From: Vicugna vicugna
Taxonomy: Eukaryota
DNA: 64,000 nucleotides
Assembly (NCBI GenBank): GCA_013265495.1
Contig: MU058636.1
Coordinates: forward strand, 5,925,741-5,989,740
Direction: 5' to 3'
The position numbers and the translations under genes are program-made. Of this stretch, positions 12,537 to 24,710 are shown in pieces. Position 1 is the stretch's first letter, and the number at the start of each line of letters is the position of its first letter. Under the pieces are notes generated by a model. It was not told the DNA's origin. It searched no databases and saw nothing but the letters and a program-made list of their open reading frames with translations.

Positions 12537-13659
12537 GAGAAGTTTTAAATTCTATCTACTATATGCATTTTTGGCTTATATTACTTTCCTCACCTACAAT
12601 TACTGACATAATTTAACACCCAAAGTCAAAGTTGTTATCTTGATATTTTTTTCAAAATTAAAGATGTAATTTCTAAGTGAGTGTAGGGGATTTTGAGACA
12701 TTAATCTATTAAATTTCAAGGTCCTGAAATTTTAAAACTCTGAAAAGGGAAAGATCCTGGACATATCCTCCTGTTACTGAGGTGCTGGCAATGTGAATGG
12801 ATTTGTAAGACACGCAGAGGTCCACTTTTTCCCTATACAGCCCATGAATCATAAAGCACAATCACAGGCCAAAGCAGGTGCCCCGTCGGCCCCCTCGTTT
12901 CACAGAATGCAGGTGTAGTCCTGGGTAGGACTATGTATGGGTAGGTCTATGTACAAGGCAGGAGAGCCCAGGCTTCTGTGGGCCTCTTTATTGTAAGTGG
13001 ATTTTAAAATGAACCAGAACCTTAATATCCAGGAAGAAAATCACAGGCATGGAAAGGAAGGTTAGCCTGAAGTACAGGAAACAGCCTGCAGGTCTAATTT
13101 TAGACTGAATCTCAGCAGCATCCTTTAAATATTACAGAACACTCTGCTGTTTCCAGGGCCTCTTCAGGATCTATTTGAGTATATTGGGATCAAAAGAGCC
13201 CTCCTGTTGCCGTAGAGCTGAGCGAGCGCTGCCAGTGGTCCCATTTTAGCTCCTCTAGTTGTGCTCTGTATCCCGGATACGGCCCTTTCTACAACCACTA
13301 CACTGCAGGCCGAGCACAACCCAGCGGTCATGACTCAGACACTATTTAATTTCCTCCGTGAGCCATCTTGTTGCATGTAAGTTGACCTTTTCATGACTCT
13401 AGAATTTACTTATTAGAAAGTGACATGTCCCCTGGGATTAGAAACCTTACCTGATGACAGTGTGTATAAAGGTGTCCAGATAAGATTTCCTCATTTAAAA
13501 ATGAAAGGAAGTCCTTTGATTGACTCCACTAGGAGGAGTCAGAGCATACAGACAATCCACATGGATTTCGCTAGAAAATCTTTGCTTGTTGGAGCAACTG
13601 GTGAAACTGGGGTCAGAGATAGATATGAAGGAGCTCTGAGAAGCTGAGAATAATTATGG

Positions 13660-13860
13660 ACACCACTTTCCGAGTGCCCCTTACCTGTAAAATATTTAAC
13701 ATATGCCATTGCTGGTGTTCCTCATAGCCCTGCAGGGTGCGTATTCCAGTTAGGGACACTTGGATTCAGAAAGGTCCAGAAGCTTGCTCAGGGTCATCCA
13801 ACAGATGAGTTTCCGAGCTGGGATTTAAACCCAGGTCCTTGGGCTCTGTTCTTCCCATTG
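13660..13860 (-). mobile_element. MIR SINE
   Basis: cttgctcagggtcatccaac...gagctgggatttaaacccaggtc. Confidence 0.65.
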
Positions 13861-14029
13861 CATTTCTTCTGCATCTCAGAACAAATAACTCTTGAAAATA
13901 GAAATACTGAGTAGACTCGCTGCGGAGACATTAGTTTGTATGATTGCAAACATTACATTGATGGTATCTATTTGGACTGGAGAATCCTAGCAGTTTCAGA
14001 CCTCAGCAACTGGAGTACCATAATTATTA

Positions 14030-14250
14030 CTGAACCAGTCCTAAGCCAGGCTGCTAGGAGTCAAACCCTCACGTTTATTTGGAATGTGGCCACTGTATGA
14101 TTTGGGGCTATCACTTTTCTGGGATTAGGTTTCATGAGCTATAAAATGAGGATAATAATTATGCTTTCTTCATAGGGTTGTTGTGAGGATTAAATGAGAA
14201 AATGCTTGCAAAATGCTCTTGGGTAATCAATGCAATGTAACTATTATGAT
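14030..14250 (+). mobile_element. MIR SINE
   Basis: ctataaaatgaggataataat...catagggttgttgtgaggattaaatgaga. Confidence 0.75.
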
Positions 14251-15559
14251 TACCAAAATCACTTATAAATGTTTTTGTCTCACCTGCCCTATGTATGTGG
14301 GGAAGAAAAAAAAATTTTTTTAACCGAAGAAAATTTTTGTAACAGATTAGCTTGTGACTTGTTACAAACCTCAAATAATGGTACCAAATAAAAAGAGAAG
14401 GCTGATGTACAACATTTGCCAACAGTGGAGGGCATTGCAACAAAGCATTCACTGGTGGATGGGAAACGCAGAGGCTGTCACGCCCCATTACTTCATAGCC
14501 TAACTTCGTGCTGACTCAGCCAAAGGCAGGCAGTAATCACAGCCAAGTTTATATGCTGGAGAATTGATGTGGTCATATTTCCACATTCTCAAAAGCAAAG
14601 TCAAAAAAAAGGATGATCAGAAAGTTTTTATGACTCTAATCATGAAATGCTGACAGCTCTAGCATACTGATTGGCTTTTAGTTAACCTCTGTAATTCTAA
14701 GTGAGCAGCCCAGCCAAACTTGCAGGTAGAGCATGGGAATCCCTTTTGTCTTTTGGTCATTTTGGAGCAAAAAACTTGTCAGCTCGTGTTTGTAATTGAT
14801 TAGGGGTGGTGGTAAGTGTTCAGATGGCATTTCTAAAGCACATTCATCTTATGCCCCCACAGTCCACACAATCAATATTGTTTATGCTAATGATGTGATT
14901 GCCCCACAACGTCAGAAATTCTGAAAAGCTCATGCAGGAGCAGTCACAGTACTGTATTCAATTACCTCTTTGTATTTCTAATAGTAGAAATAAATTAAAA
15001 GACATGTATTTGACCACTATTCTGAGCTGGTAAATCCATTGTTTTCTTGTTAAATGTTACTAATTGTGGTTGTCATGGAAACCCTGAAGGTACTTAGGCT
15101 AAATTGTCCGATCTATTGTATTTTTTCCTCTGTGAGAGATTCCTTCTTTGGCTGACATTGAGGCTCCTCCTCTAGAAAGCCATTATACATATACTCAAAA
15201 GACACTTGCTGTATGTTAAAGATCCTTGATAAATCTGTTATACCAATTATATTTATAGAATGGTTAAGAGAATCAGTTTGCTTAGAATGTAAACTGAGTA
15301 TCTAGAAAAATTAATAAAACCGGTTGGCTGGTTTTTTTCCCCCGAAGTACTGATGTAAAACCTGGATGATTTTGATTTCTATGTGTATGCTTTTAAAATA
15401 CAATTTTGCAGTAACTTTTTCCCAAAAAATGGAAAAAATTATATTAAAGAGTTCTATCTGCTTCATTTTAATCCCATGGACAGATTTCATGGGAAACAGA
15501 TAGATATTCATGGAGTATATGTATGAAGAGGAAAGTCTCTAGAGTTTTATGGTCTTAGG

Positions 15560-15740
15560 AAGAATATTAGAAGACCCACCAGCTACTAATTGTGGGTGCT
15601 TTACTTGGGTTTCAGCATTCTCATGTGTAAAATGAAAGTCATGACTTCACTGGGTTGTTGTAAAGTTGAAACATAACAATACGTGTCATGCTTCTGGTTC
15701 AGTGCCAGGCAGATAGCAGATGCTCGAGAAATGTCACTCC
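15560..15740 (+). mobile_element. MIR SINE
   Basis: ttctcatgtgtaaaatga...gggttgttgtaaagttgaaa...cagtgccaggcagatagcagatgctc. Confidence 0.65.
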
Positions 15741-16529
15741 TGTTCCAGTCTGAGTCTCCCTAATCTACTTCCCCTTCTTCACCCCCCGCCCCCACAAAAA
15801 ACTTACTCCTAGGATCCTGTAGTGATTTATTTGAATCAAAAGTAGAGAATCTTTTGCTGACAGACCTCATAAAATGTTTAGTGTCCTCACACTGTCCCCA
15901 TGTCAAGGGAGACAAGCAGTTTCCCAGGACAAGCCTGACCTGGAAAGAGAAGCTTGATAAATTCCATAGTGACAACTTCCAAGTAACCCTGGAGGAGTTT
16001 ATTCCCCTCCCAACACAACATCTAACCATGCAGGGGAGGGTGGGGAGGGGAGAGGACTCATTAGGAGCAATCGTTTACCCTTTGCGTGTGTGAGTTTTAG
16101 GAAATGCACAATTGAAAATTTTTAACATGGTGATATGAGCTCTTCCTTCAGCTCTCTACACCCATGCAAAACCTTCATCTGTGGCATGATGAACTGTAGT
16201 CACTATATTGGTAGCTTATATTACCTAAAAGGAAATAAAGTCTTATGAGTCTATCTTACTAAGTCTTCCCTACTACATATATGATTCATATTATACATCT
16301 TAATCATTTATTTTAATGAAAGCGAATATAAAGAATAAATCAAGTTTCCCACTGTATCTTACATGTGCCTAAATTAATAGCATATAAATATACTTACCAC
16401 ACATTACCATTGTTTACATGTATTTATCCCCACAGATTGAACAATTTACAGATAGGGATTGGAGCCTGTAAGACAAAACAAAATGAAACAAAAACGTGAA
16501 ATCTCCAGCACGAAGTAAGTTTAGGCTAT

Positions 16530-16740
16530 TCATTAATTCAGTGATGATTTACTGAGTGTACTATTTCCGCTGCACTGCGCTAGCTGTGGGGGATTCAGTA
16601 GTGAACATGGCAGACATGCCCCTTTCCTCATTGGGCATTATGTACCCCTCTACAGTAGTGGACACAAAGTGCCCTGAGCGGTGACTGCGGGCTCTGGGAG
16701 CACGTGGCGTCTTCCTAACTGACACGGGAATGACATGTGA
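16530..16740 (-). mobile_element. L2 3' end, antisense
   Basis: attcattaattcagtgatgatttactgagtgtactatt...ggggattcagtagtgaacatggcagaca. Confidence 0.6.
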
Positions 16741-17461
16741 ATCATGGAGGCCAAAGGACAGTTTCTTGAATTCCTGTTCCTGCAAGTTCCTAGGGAAGAG
16801 TCTCAGACTTGTACAAAGCCCATACTGGTGACGTTGATCTGCTGTTTTTATTAGGAGATTGTGGGGGTTTTTTTTTTGTATTTTTTCTTTAAATAAACTC
16901 AGGATCAGCTCTGTAGATCTGTGTCGTAGGCTGAGGTTATATCTCTGATAGGCCCTGATGGTGAGACCTTTTAAGATGACATTGAAGCAACATGCCATAC
17001 TCCCAACATACCCCTGAATGAAGCCCTTGGGTGAAGAACAAAGGCAAAATCCAGGGTTTCTTTGGGATTTCAGCTTGCTTATCTGTTACCCTAAACTTCA
17101 AACCCATTTTACTTTCTCATGAGGCTGCTCACTCATACGCAAGTTAAGCAAGGATTTGAACTATTATACAATATTTTAAATAAAGTGTAATAGAGATGCC
17201 CAGAATTAAGGAAATTGTAGAACACAGTGCAATGTTGGAGTCCAATCAGAGACAAAGAGACAAATCAGAAACTCCAGTATGCTCTTCCCTTCATCTGCCA
17301 GGCAGGGTTAGGAATGTCTGCCCAGAAGACTGCTGTAAGGATTAAGTGAGATTACCTTCATTACCTGTTTAATGTGATGCCTGGTTTCATCAGCAAATGA
17401 TAATTAATAATGATAGTAATTTTTTAAAGCCTCAGCAATATTTTCTGTTTTTCTCCAGTAT

Positions 17462-17612
17462 TTTCTTTTTTTTAAATAGCTTTATTGGAATATAAGTGAT
17501 ATATCATAACATTTGTCCATTTTAAGTGTACAACTCAGTGAATTTTAGTATATGCAAAGTTACACAATCAACACCACAGTTGAGTTTTAGGACATATCCA
17601 TCACCCCAGAAA
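17462..17612 (-). mobile_element. Older L1 (L1MA/L1MB-type) 3' terminus, antisense
   Basis: tttttaaatagctttattgg...cattttaagtgtacaactcagtgaattttagtata...catatccatcaccccagaaa. Confidence 0.75.
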
Positions 17613-17625
17613 AAATACTTCTGGA

Positions 17626-18227
17626 AAGGGCAGAAGACCTAAACAAGCAATTCTCCAGTGAAGACATACAAATGGCCAATAGGAACATGAAAAAATGCTC
17701 AGTATTGCTCATTATCAGAGAAATGCACATCAAAACTACAGTGAGGTACCACCTCACACCAGTCAGAATGGCCATCATTAAAAAGTCCACAAATGGTAAC
17801 TGCTGGAGAGGGTGTGGAGAAAAGGGAACCCTCCTACACTGCTGGTGGGAATGTAGTTTGGTGTAGCCATTATGGAAAATAGTGCAGAGATTCCTTTAAA
17901 AATAGACTTACCATTTGATCCAGCAATCCCACTTCTGGGCATATATCCAGAGGGAACTCTAATCCACAAAGATATATGCATCTCAGTGTTCATAGCAGTA
18001 CTATTTACAATAGCCAAGACATGGAAACAACCTAAATGGTCATCAACAGATGACTGGATAAAGAAGTTGTGGTATATGTATATACAATGGAATATTACTC
18101 GGCCATAAAAAAGAATAAAATAGTGCCATTTGCAGCATGGATGGACCTGGATATCATCATTCTGAGTGAAGTAAGTCAGAAAGAGAAAGAAAAATACCAT
18201 ATGATATCATTTATATGTGGAATCTAA
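17626..18227 (+). pseudogene. Disrupted L1 ORF2p C-terminal region (cysteine-rich/zinc-knuckle domain)
   Basis: ORFs 17672-17866 ([13 protein letters not shown]...[18 protein letters not shown]) and 17872-18108 (DPAIPLLGIYP...FIAVLFTIAKTWKQPKW) are classic L1 ORF2 motifs split by a stop and frameshifts. Confidence 0.9.
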
Positions 18228-18556
18228 AGAAAAGACACAAATGAACTTATTTACAAAATAGAAAGAGACTCTCAGACATAGAAAACAATTTTATGGTTAT
18301 CAGGGGGAATGGGGGTGAGAAGGGATAAATTGGGAATTTGAGATGTGCAGATACTAGCTACTATATATAAAATAGATAAACAAGTTTATACTATATAGTA
18401 CAGGGAGCTATATTCAATATCTTGTAGTAACTTATAATGAAAAAGAGTATGAAAAGGAATATATGTATGTATATGTATTACTGAAACATTATGCTGTACA
18501 CAAGAAATTGATACAACACTGTAAACTGACTATAATTCAATAAAAAAGAAAATAAT
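17626..18556 (+). mobile_element. Young 5'-truncated L1 (ORF2 C-terminus, 3'UTR, A-rich tail) with ~16-bp TSD
   Basis: TSD aaaaaatacttctgga (17610-17625) / aaagaatacttttgga (18557-18572); L1 ORF2 peptide; aataaa and A-tail near 18540. Confidence 0.92.
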
Positions 18557-19134
18557 AAAGAATACTTTTGGATTTCTTTTGTGTCTGTGAATTCCTGTGT
18601 TCAGAAAATGTCCTATTTAAGGATCCAGGATAATCATCATATTTACTAAATAACCAAAGGTGGTCATTTTGCAGTATTTTGATCATTATCATTTATAATG
18701 CTAATTCTTTTAGTGTGTTACAACCTTTGATAACTCATTTGACTATATACTTTTGCTATAGTTCAAACTAACCATTTGTGTTTTACTTATGTGGCTAAGT
18801 GTTTTGGTATTTATTAGTAATCATTTTAAAGAGTACATCCTCTGAAAACTTCCTTCCAATTTCTCTTCAAATAATAAGATTTGTTGATATTATTAAGAAA
18901 AATTGAAATAATTTTTAATATTTTGTGCAAAGAACATTCCATGATCACTGGTGGTACTTATTCAAATAAAAAAGTTAGAAAATTAGCAACAAATATTGTC
19001 ATAAAACCCCTGTGAAAATGTGTTTTATTATTTAAGTTTTATTATGAAAATATAGTTGTTGAAATCATCTTGAATGTGTTTCTAGAAACCCTCTGAAAAA
19101 GGACAGACATTTGTAGAAAGGTGGTTTGCTATGG

Positions 19135-19360
19135 GATTGGGCATGAAGGCCCTACATAGTTGGACTCTGGTTCAAAGTCAGTCCTACCAGTTAGTAGCTG
19201 AGGGATGTTAAACCAAGTTCCTTAACTCTCTAGGCCATAGCCTCCTTGTTTGTAAAACAGAGGAGATAATAGGGTTGTGGGAATTAAGCTATCATATATG
19301 TAAAGCATGACACGTATGCATGATGCTTGACATAGAGTAAGACTTGAATCAGTGGCCACT
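19135..19360 (+). mobile_element. MIR SINE
   Basis: ctggttcaaagtcagtcctaccagttagtagctg...aagttccttaactctct...tgtaaaacagaggagataatagggttgtgggaattaa. Confidence 0.7.
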
Positions 19361-20559
19361 AGAATTTTATTGCATTGTAGGCTACTAGGATCTTGATAAA
19401 GGAACCATTTTATGAAGTTTAAGAATACAGGAGGTGTATTCTTAAAAAAAAAATACAGGACGTGACTTCCTATTAGGAAAATTATAAATGTTGGGGGAAG
19501 AAGTTCCTTTTCCCTTCCGTAGGGAATCAAAAGTCTCCCCCTCCAATTGGGAAATGACAGCCATTCACAAACTAAATAAACATAAATGTTGGTGCACATT
19601 GTCCATGGCATAGAGAGAATTTTTGCACTATAATCTGATTTTGTTCTTTAGTTATGAGGAGAGGAGATGAAGGAGACCCAAGAAAAGATAATCTTGTTAA
19701 AAGAAAGGATCCCAGACAGACAACCTGAGGCCTTTCCTTGACTTGGGTTTATTGGCACTGAGAAGGTATCATCTGCCTGCAGCTGAGTCTAAAAAATGCT
19801 AGTAGCAGCCATGAGAGGCTGGAGACCTTGACTGGCAGTTTGAATGTCATCTGTGCTCAGCGCCCTAGGATACCTGATGAGTAGTTAGGGACAAGAACAT
19901 TAAAATGAAAATCAGTGATCCAGGGCCAGTGGGATGACCTGATTGCCAGGGGTCCTCAGAACACATGGTGACTTGTGGAACTGACTTAAGAGGTGATAGT
20001 AAGTAGGGCTGGTGCCTAGTGATTGTTGAGGAAGCTGGAAATAGGGGCTTGAACAAGAACTCAAATTAGGGGTGGATTATAAGATGAGAATGAGGACCAT
20101 AGGAGGTGGTGAGGCTGGCTGACGCTGTGAGGGACCTGGAGACAACCAGCCACACCACTCCTTTTTGGTCTTCTCAGCTTCTTATAATTTGAAAGTTCTT
20201 CAGTCTTTCCTGGCTTCTCTCACTCATACATGGGCCTTAAAATGTCCCAGTCTGTCAGAGAAGATTTAGTTCCATTGTGTCAGTGGTATCCATTCAAGAT
20301 GATTTGTAGTTTTTAAGAAATACCACATAGTCCCAAATACTTCCCAAATATTCCAAATGTGATTTTCATATGATATCCTTAAAAAAATTTTTCCCCTGGT
20401 AAATGTCATTTGTATTTATTATAGGAAATTTGGGAAAATAACATAGTAAAATAAAAAACATTATGCATAACCTCCATTCATTCATGAATACTGTTAACAT
20501 TTTGGTTTGTGCCTATGATTACTTTATTTTTATGTATTTGAACTTATCCTATATATTCA

Positions 20560-21120
20560 ATTCTCTATCCTACTTTTTCACAAAGACGTATCCAAACTTT
20601 TTCTTATGTTATTATAATTTGACCATTAGATTATTTTCAGTTTGTGTTATTGTCAATAACATTAAGGTATACATCTTTTGGTATAAATTTTTGTCCAGGG
20701 GGAGGGGTATAGCTCAGTGGTAGAGTGCATGCTTAGCATGCAGAAGGTCCTGGGTTCAATCCCTTATACCTCCATTAAAAAAAAATCTTTGTCCATATTC
20801 CTGCTTATTTCTTTAGAATGGAGGACTGGACAGAATTTCTGAGTCAGAAATAGTCAGCATTTTAAGATTTTTAAGGTACCTTGGCCAATTGCCTTCTAGA
20901 ATATTTGTGATAATTTAATACTTCTATCATCAAGAGTTTTGTTCTAATATTTGACAATTTAATAAAAACTGAGTTGTATAGTTTTATTTTTGTCTTTCAT
21001 TACTAAAGAGGCTAACTACTTTCATATTCATAAATGAGCTCTTTTAATATTCTCTTCTGTGACTTGTCAGTTCATGATCTTTCATCACTTTTCTCTTGAA
21101 GATTGGGGAATTTTCTTAGA
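20560..21120 (-). mobile_element. Ancient L1M fragment, antisense (host of the SINE at 20698)
   Basis: cattagattattttcagtttgtgttattgtcaataac...ttatttctttagaat...gccaattgccttctagaa. Confidence 0.55.
20698..20782 (+). mobile_element. tRNA-Ala(AGC)-derived camelid SINE (Vic-1-type), short form
   Basis: gggggaggggtatagctcagtggtagagtgcatgcttagcatgcagaaggtcctgggttcaatccc...tccatt + A-tail; Pol III A and B boxes; 13-bp TSD aaatttttgtcca / aaatctttgtcca. Confidence 0.9.
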
Positions 21121-21701
21121 ATTATACATATTTTCATGGGGGTCTTAGTGGAGATAAAATGAACATTTGCAGGGAAAGAGTACACATGGATATCTCAACC
21201 CTGTCTTCCAGCATGATCCCTGCCTTCCTCACTTCCTTTATTTCTTCTGGAAAATGATCACCATCATTTGGCATCATCTATCATTTCTTTGTGTATTTCT
21301 AATCTTACCAAGTGATATCCTGCCTTCTCTTTTTAAATCTTAGAATGTTCTTTAGTGGCCATTAAAAATGGGTGAATTTAGATTTGGACTAGTTCAGCCT
21401 AACCTTAACTGATATATAGGATTTATGTGTTGTTGATGCTCTCCACATCTTTGATTTGTGAATTCTGGATCGTGAACATATTGTACTGTGAAAATTTCCT
21501 GGGCACCAAGATATTCCTGGGAATATCTGATAAAACTGATGTTTTAGAAACTGATTGGCTGAATGACCTGGGGGAGGAGAATATGATCCCTGGGAAGGAA
21601 AATGATACTTGCTGTTCATAATGGTAATGAAAGTGGTGTTGAACTGAGAAGCTCTTGTGGATTCAGTTGTTATGTGGATGGTGGTTTGTTTCCTCTGAGC
21701 C

Positions 21702-21842
21702 AGTAGTTCCCAGAATTTATATGCATCAGCATCACCCAGCACAGGTGCTGGGCCCCACCCCAGAGTTTCAAATTCAGTAGATCTTGTATGGGTCAAGTGA
21801 CGGTGATGTTGCTGACTAGGAACCACACTTGGAGAGCCCCTG
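21702..21842. mobile_element. MER5A-like hAT-Charlie MITE (internally deleted)
   Basis: cagtagttcccag...gcatcagcatcacc...gctgggccccaccccagagtttcaaattcagtag...accacacttggagagcccctg. Confidence 0.75.
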
Positions 21843-22189
21843 ATCAAAGCTGAGAGCTGAGCATAGCTTTCCATGATGCTGGTGCATAAATGAGATCTAT
21901 CAGTGCTTCTAAGTTTTTGCCAACTGAACTGGTATCCCCCAGAAGGCAAAAACTACTGGGGTGTGCGGTGATTCAGCAGGGATACCATGTAGCTTACGTC
22001 CAGGGAGAACCATTCTCATGAGAATGACGACTTCTGAAGTTATGTGGGGCATACATACATGGCCACACACAGATACTGAATACTGACAGTGGAAATAACT
22101 TCTCCTTTGTGATAGCTGACATTGCTTATAAACACTGAAAGTCTTCCTCTCCTCCAAGAGTCCACAGGTCAGATTTATAGTCAACCTAT

Positions 22190-22950
22190 CCCTTTTTTCT
22201 AGTGTTTTTTTTTTTAATGAATTCTCTTTTTTTATACTTTAATTATAGATCAAGTCAAGATATGTTCACGTATTCTGTGAGGTGAAGATTCAAACAGTAT
22301 ATTATTTCCCTAAGTGGCAATTTTCTGAACACATTTTGAATAAAACATTTGTTTTTCACTGATTTAAGACTCTGCCATTCTCATGTGCTATATGCGTATT
22401 TATATTCCAATACTATTTATACTGCCTTGACTGTGCTAGCTCATTTATTCTGCAACTGTTTACTATGTTCCAGGCACTATGGAGACATCAGGATGAATAA
22501 AACAGCCATGAACAAAACACATGTGGGCTTTGCACGCATGAAATTTACCATCTCAGTAGTCTGTTTCGTTGTTCGTTTGTCTGTTCTTGCTCAGGTGCCA
22601 CATTGGTATCAATTGTTGTAGCTACAGAACATATTTTAACTTGTGGTAGAGAAAGTTCCTCCTCCTTAACCATTATTGCAAAACAGCAAACACACCTTAG
22701 TGATCCTTGCTTGTCTATTCTTCTAAATATATCTTAGAAATCATCAAAAAGGGGGAGAAAATCCTTTGTGACTTTGATTGGAATTGTCTTAACGTATATA
22801 TTTATTTGGGAAAACCTGATATCTTTTATAATATAGTCTTTCCCTCCAAAAACATTATTGTTCTCTCCCATTTATTAGGGTCTTCTTATATCCTGTGTTA
22901 TAACATGCAAGTACTAACATACATTAGCTGGGCATATTTTATAAAATATT
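22190..22950 (-). mobile_element. Ancient L1M ORF2 fragments, interrupted by an L2 3' end at ~22430-22555
   Basis: ttgtgactttgattggaattgtcttaacgtatatatttatttgggaaaacctgatatcttt (antisense L1); catttattctgcaactgtttactatgttccaggcactatggagac (L2). Confidence 0.55.
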
Positions 22951-24419
22951 CTTTATCAGTGACACAAGAAATTCCAAGAAGCTTAAGAACGTGTCCTCGG
23001 AAGAGATGAGGATGGAGGTCGTCAAATAGAGAAGGGAAAGTGTAGAGAAAGGATGGTCCTAGAGCAAGAACAGTCAGCAAATTCTTGTATCATCAAGATA
23101 ATCGTGTAAAATAATGTATGATCCATGATGTCTAAACCATTTAAAAGATTGACATCTGTATTTCTAGAAAGAGATACAATCTTCTAATATTCATATATAC
23201 CTCCACGTATCTCTATATCTCTATCTCTATTTCTTTCTTCATCTGTACTATCTACCTATCTGTCTTTCTATCTATAAATACTTATTATTCTCCAGCAAAA
23301 TACGTTGCAATATAATTTTTAAACAATGGGAGCAGCGGTCCCTGAGCAGTATTCCTGGGATCATGACAACACGACTGGCTTTTGCCACACAGATTTGCAA
23401 ACGTTGGTTGAGGCTTGTAGACTGACAACTTAAATGGACAATATGTCCACGATCTGCATGCCAACTGGCACATGCTGATAATGTCTGACAGGCCTCTCTT
23501 GTCAAAGCTTTGAACACCTCATAAATATGATTGTACTCTCTTTACCCTTTGAAAAATCGGAGATACTGGTTTTTCCCCTTTGAGTTACAGATGGTGATAT
23601 CATAAGAGCTTTGAGCCAGCTGCTCAGCCTCATTGATGCAAGTGCTTACGGCAGACAATAAATTCTTCAAATCTGGGTTTGTTTTTCTTTTTTCTTTTCC
23701 AATTTGCTAATGCCAAGCTGATAGTAGAGAATATAAGCCTCAGTAGCAATTTCAGTATTAGAGGTCAGGAAACACATGGAGGAAATAAAGAATGTGCAAT
23801 AATTGCATTAAACCTGTCCTACAGCGTTTGAAAATCATGTCTTATTGTGTTAAAATGAACTGCTGGTCAGTGCCGGGGAAACAGTGTATCCCGAGAACTT
23901 ATTATTGGTTTAGTGATTGTTTTTTATTACCGTGGCTTCTATGGCTGCTGCTATTATTGGGCTAGATGCTCATCTCCTTTAGCTGTGATGTTCAAAGACA
24001 CCTTGCTGCCATGAATATAATTGTTACCATTTATAACAGTGGGCCAGGTCAGACTCTCATCTTCTCTATCTGTGGTGTAACAAAAAGAGAGTAAATCAAT
24101 GTAATGATAGAATTTAATAACGTATGAAGAATTTCACTGTTGGTGATGCTTTTTGAAATGATGACTTAGGGAATTTGAGAAAAAATCAGGGAGAAACTTT
24201 TTTTTCCTGTTAAGAATTACTCTCTAGGGAAAAAAAAACTCCCAAGAATTAGATGCATAAAAAGAGAAATAATTTGTTTGCTTTTACCTTTTTATGAGAC
24301 AAATAAATATAAAAAATTCAAAACATCTTTTGTAAAAGTTAAAATTTGAGGTTTTAACATTTCATTGAATAATTATATTAAATTAAGAAAAATATGTCAT
24401 TTAATTTGATGGGTGACAG

Positions 24420-24710
24420 GAGACTCCAGGTTGGGGAAGAGGGGGAGGATATACAATAGAGGAGGGAGATGAACTGTGCAGGAGACCATGAGAGAAGCCG
24501 GTAGACGGAGATTGAAGGGAAGATCGGAGATGGGGAGAGAAATAACAGGAAGAGAAACAGGGCAGAGAAATCAAATATTTAAAAACAGAGCAGAGACACA
24601 AAGGAAAGAACATGTAAGAAAATAACAGATAGGCAGAGGTGAGGAGGAGACGTGAGAAGGAGGCAGGAGGAGGAAGGAAGCAGTGGCAGGTGAAGATGGA
24701 AGATGAGGAC
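24420..24710. repeat. Purine-rich (GA/GGA) low-complexity tract
   Basis: gggaagagggggagga...ggaggcaggaggaggaaggaag; produces Ser/Leu/Pro-rich minus-strand ORFs. Confidence 0.7.

Noticed and set aside
17462..18556. Twin-priming inverted L1 (antisense piece joined to sense piece)
   Set aside because: Both pieces are 3' ends from different-age subfamilies, and the TSD brackets only the young sense copy.
20698..20775. Functional tRNA-Ala(AGC) gene
   Set aside because: Extra 5' leader, disrupted acceptor stem, A-tail, TSD and two sister copies show it is a SINE.
21389..21949. 186-aa minus-strand ORF
   Set aside because: Non-ATG start, runs through a MER5A remnant, no recognisable domain.
21509..22026. 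Palindromes AGATATTCC-tg-GGAATATCT (21509-21528, includes STAT6-like TTCN4GAA) and CATTCTCATGAGAATG (22011-22026)
   Set aside because: Roughly one or two perfect 16-bp palindromes are expected by chance in 64 kb; no other support.
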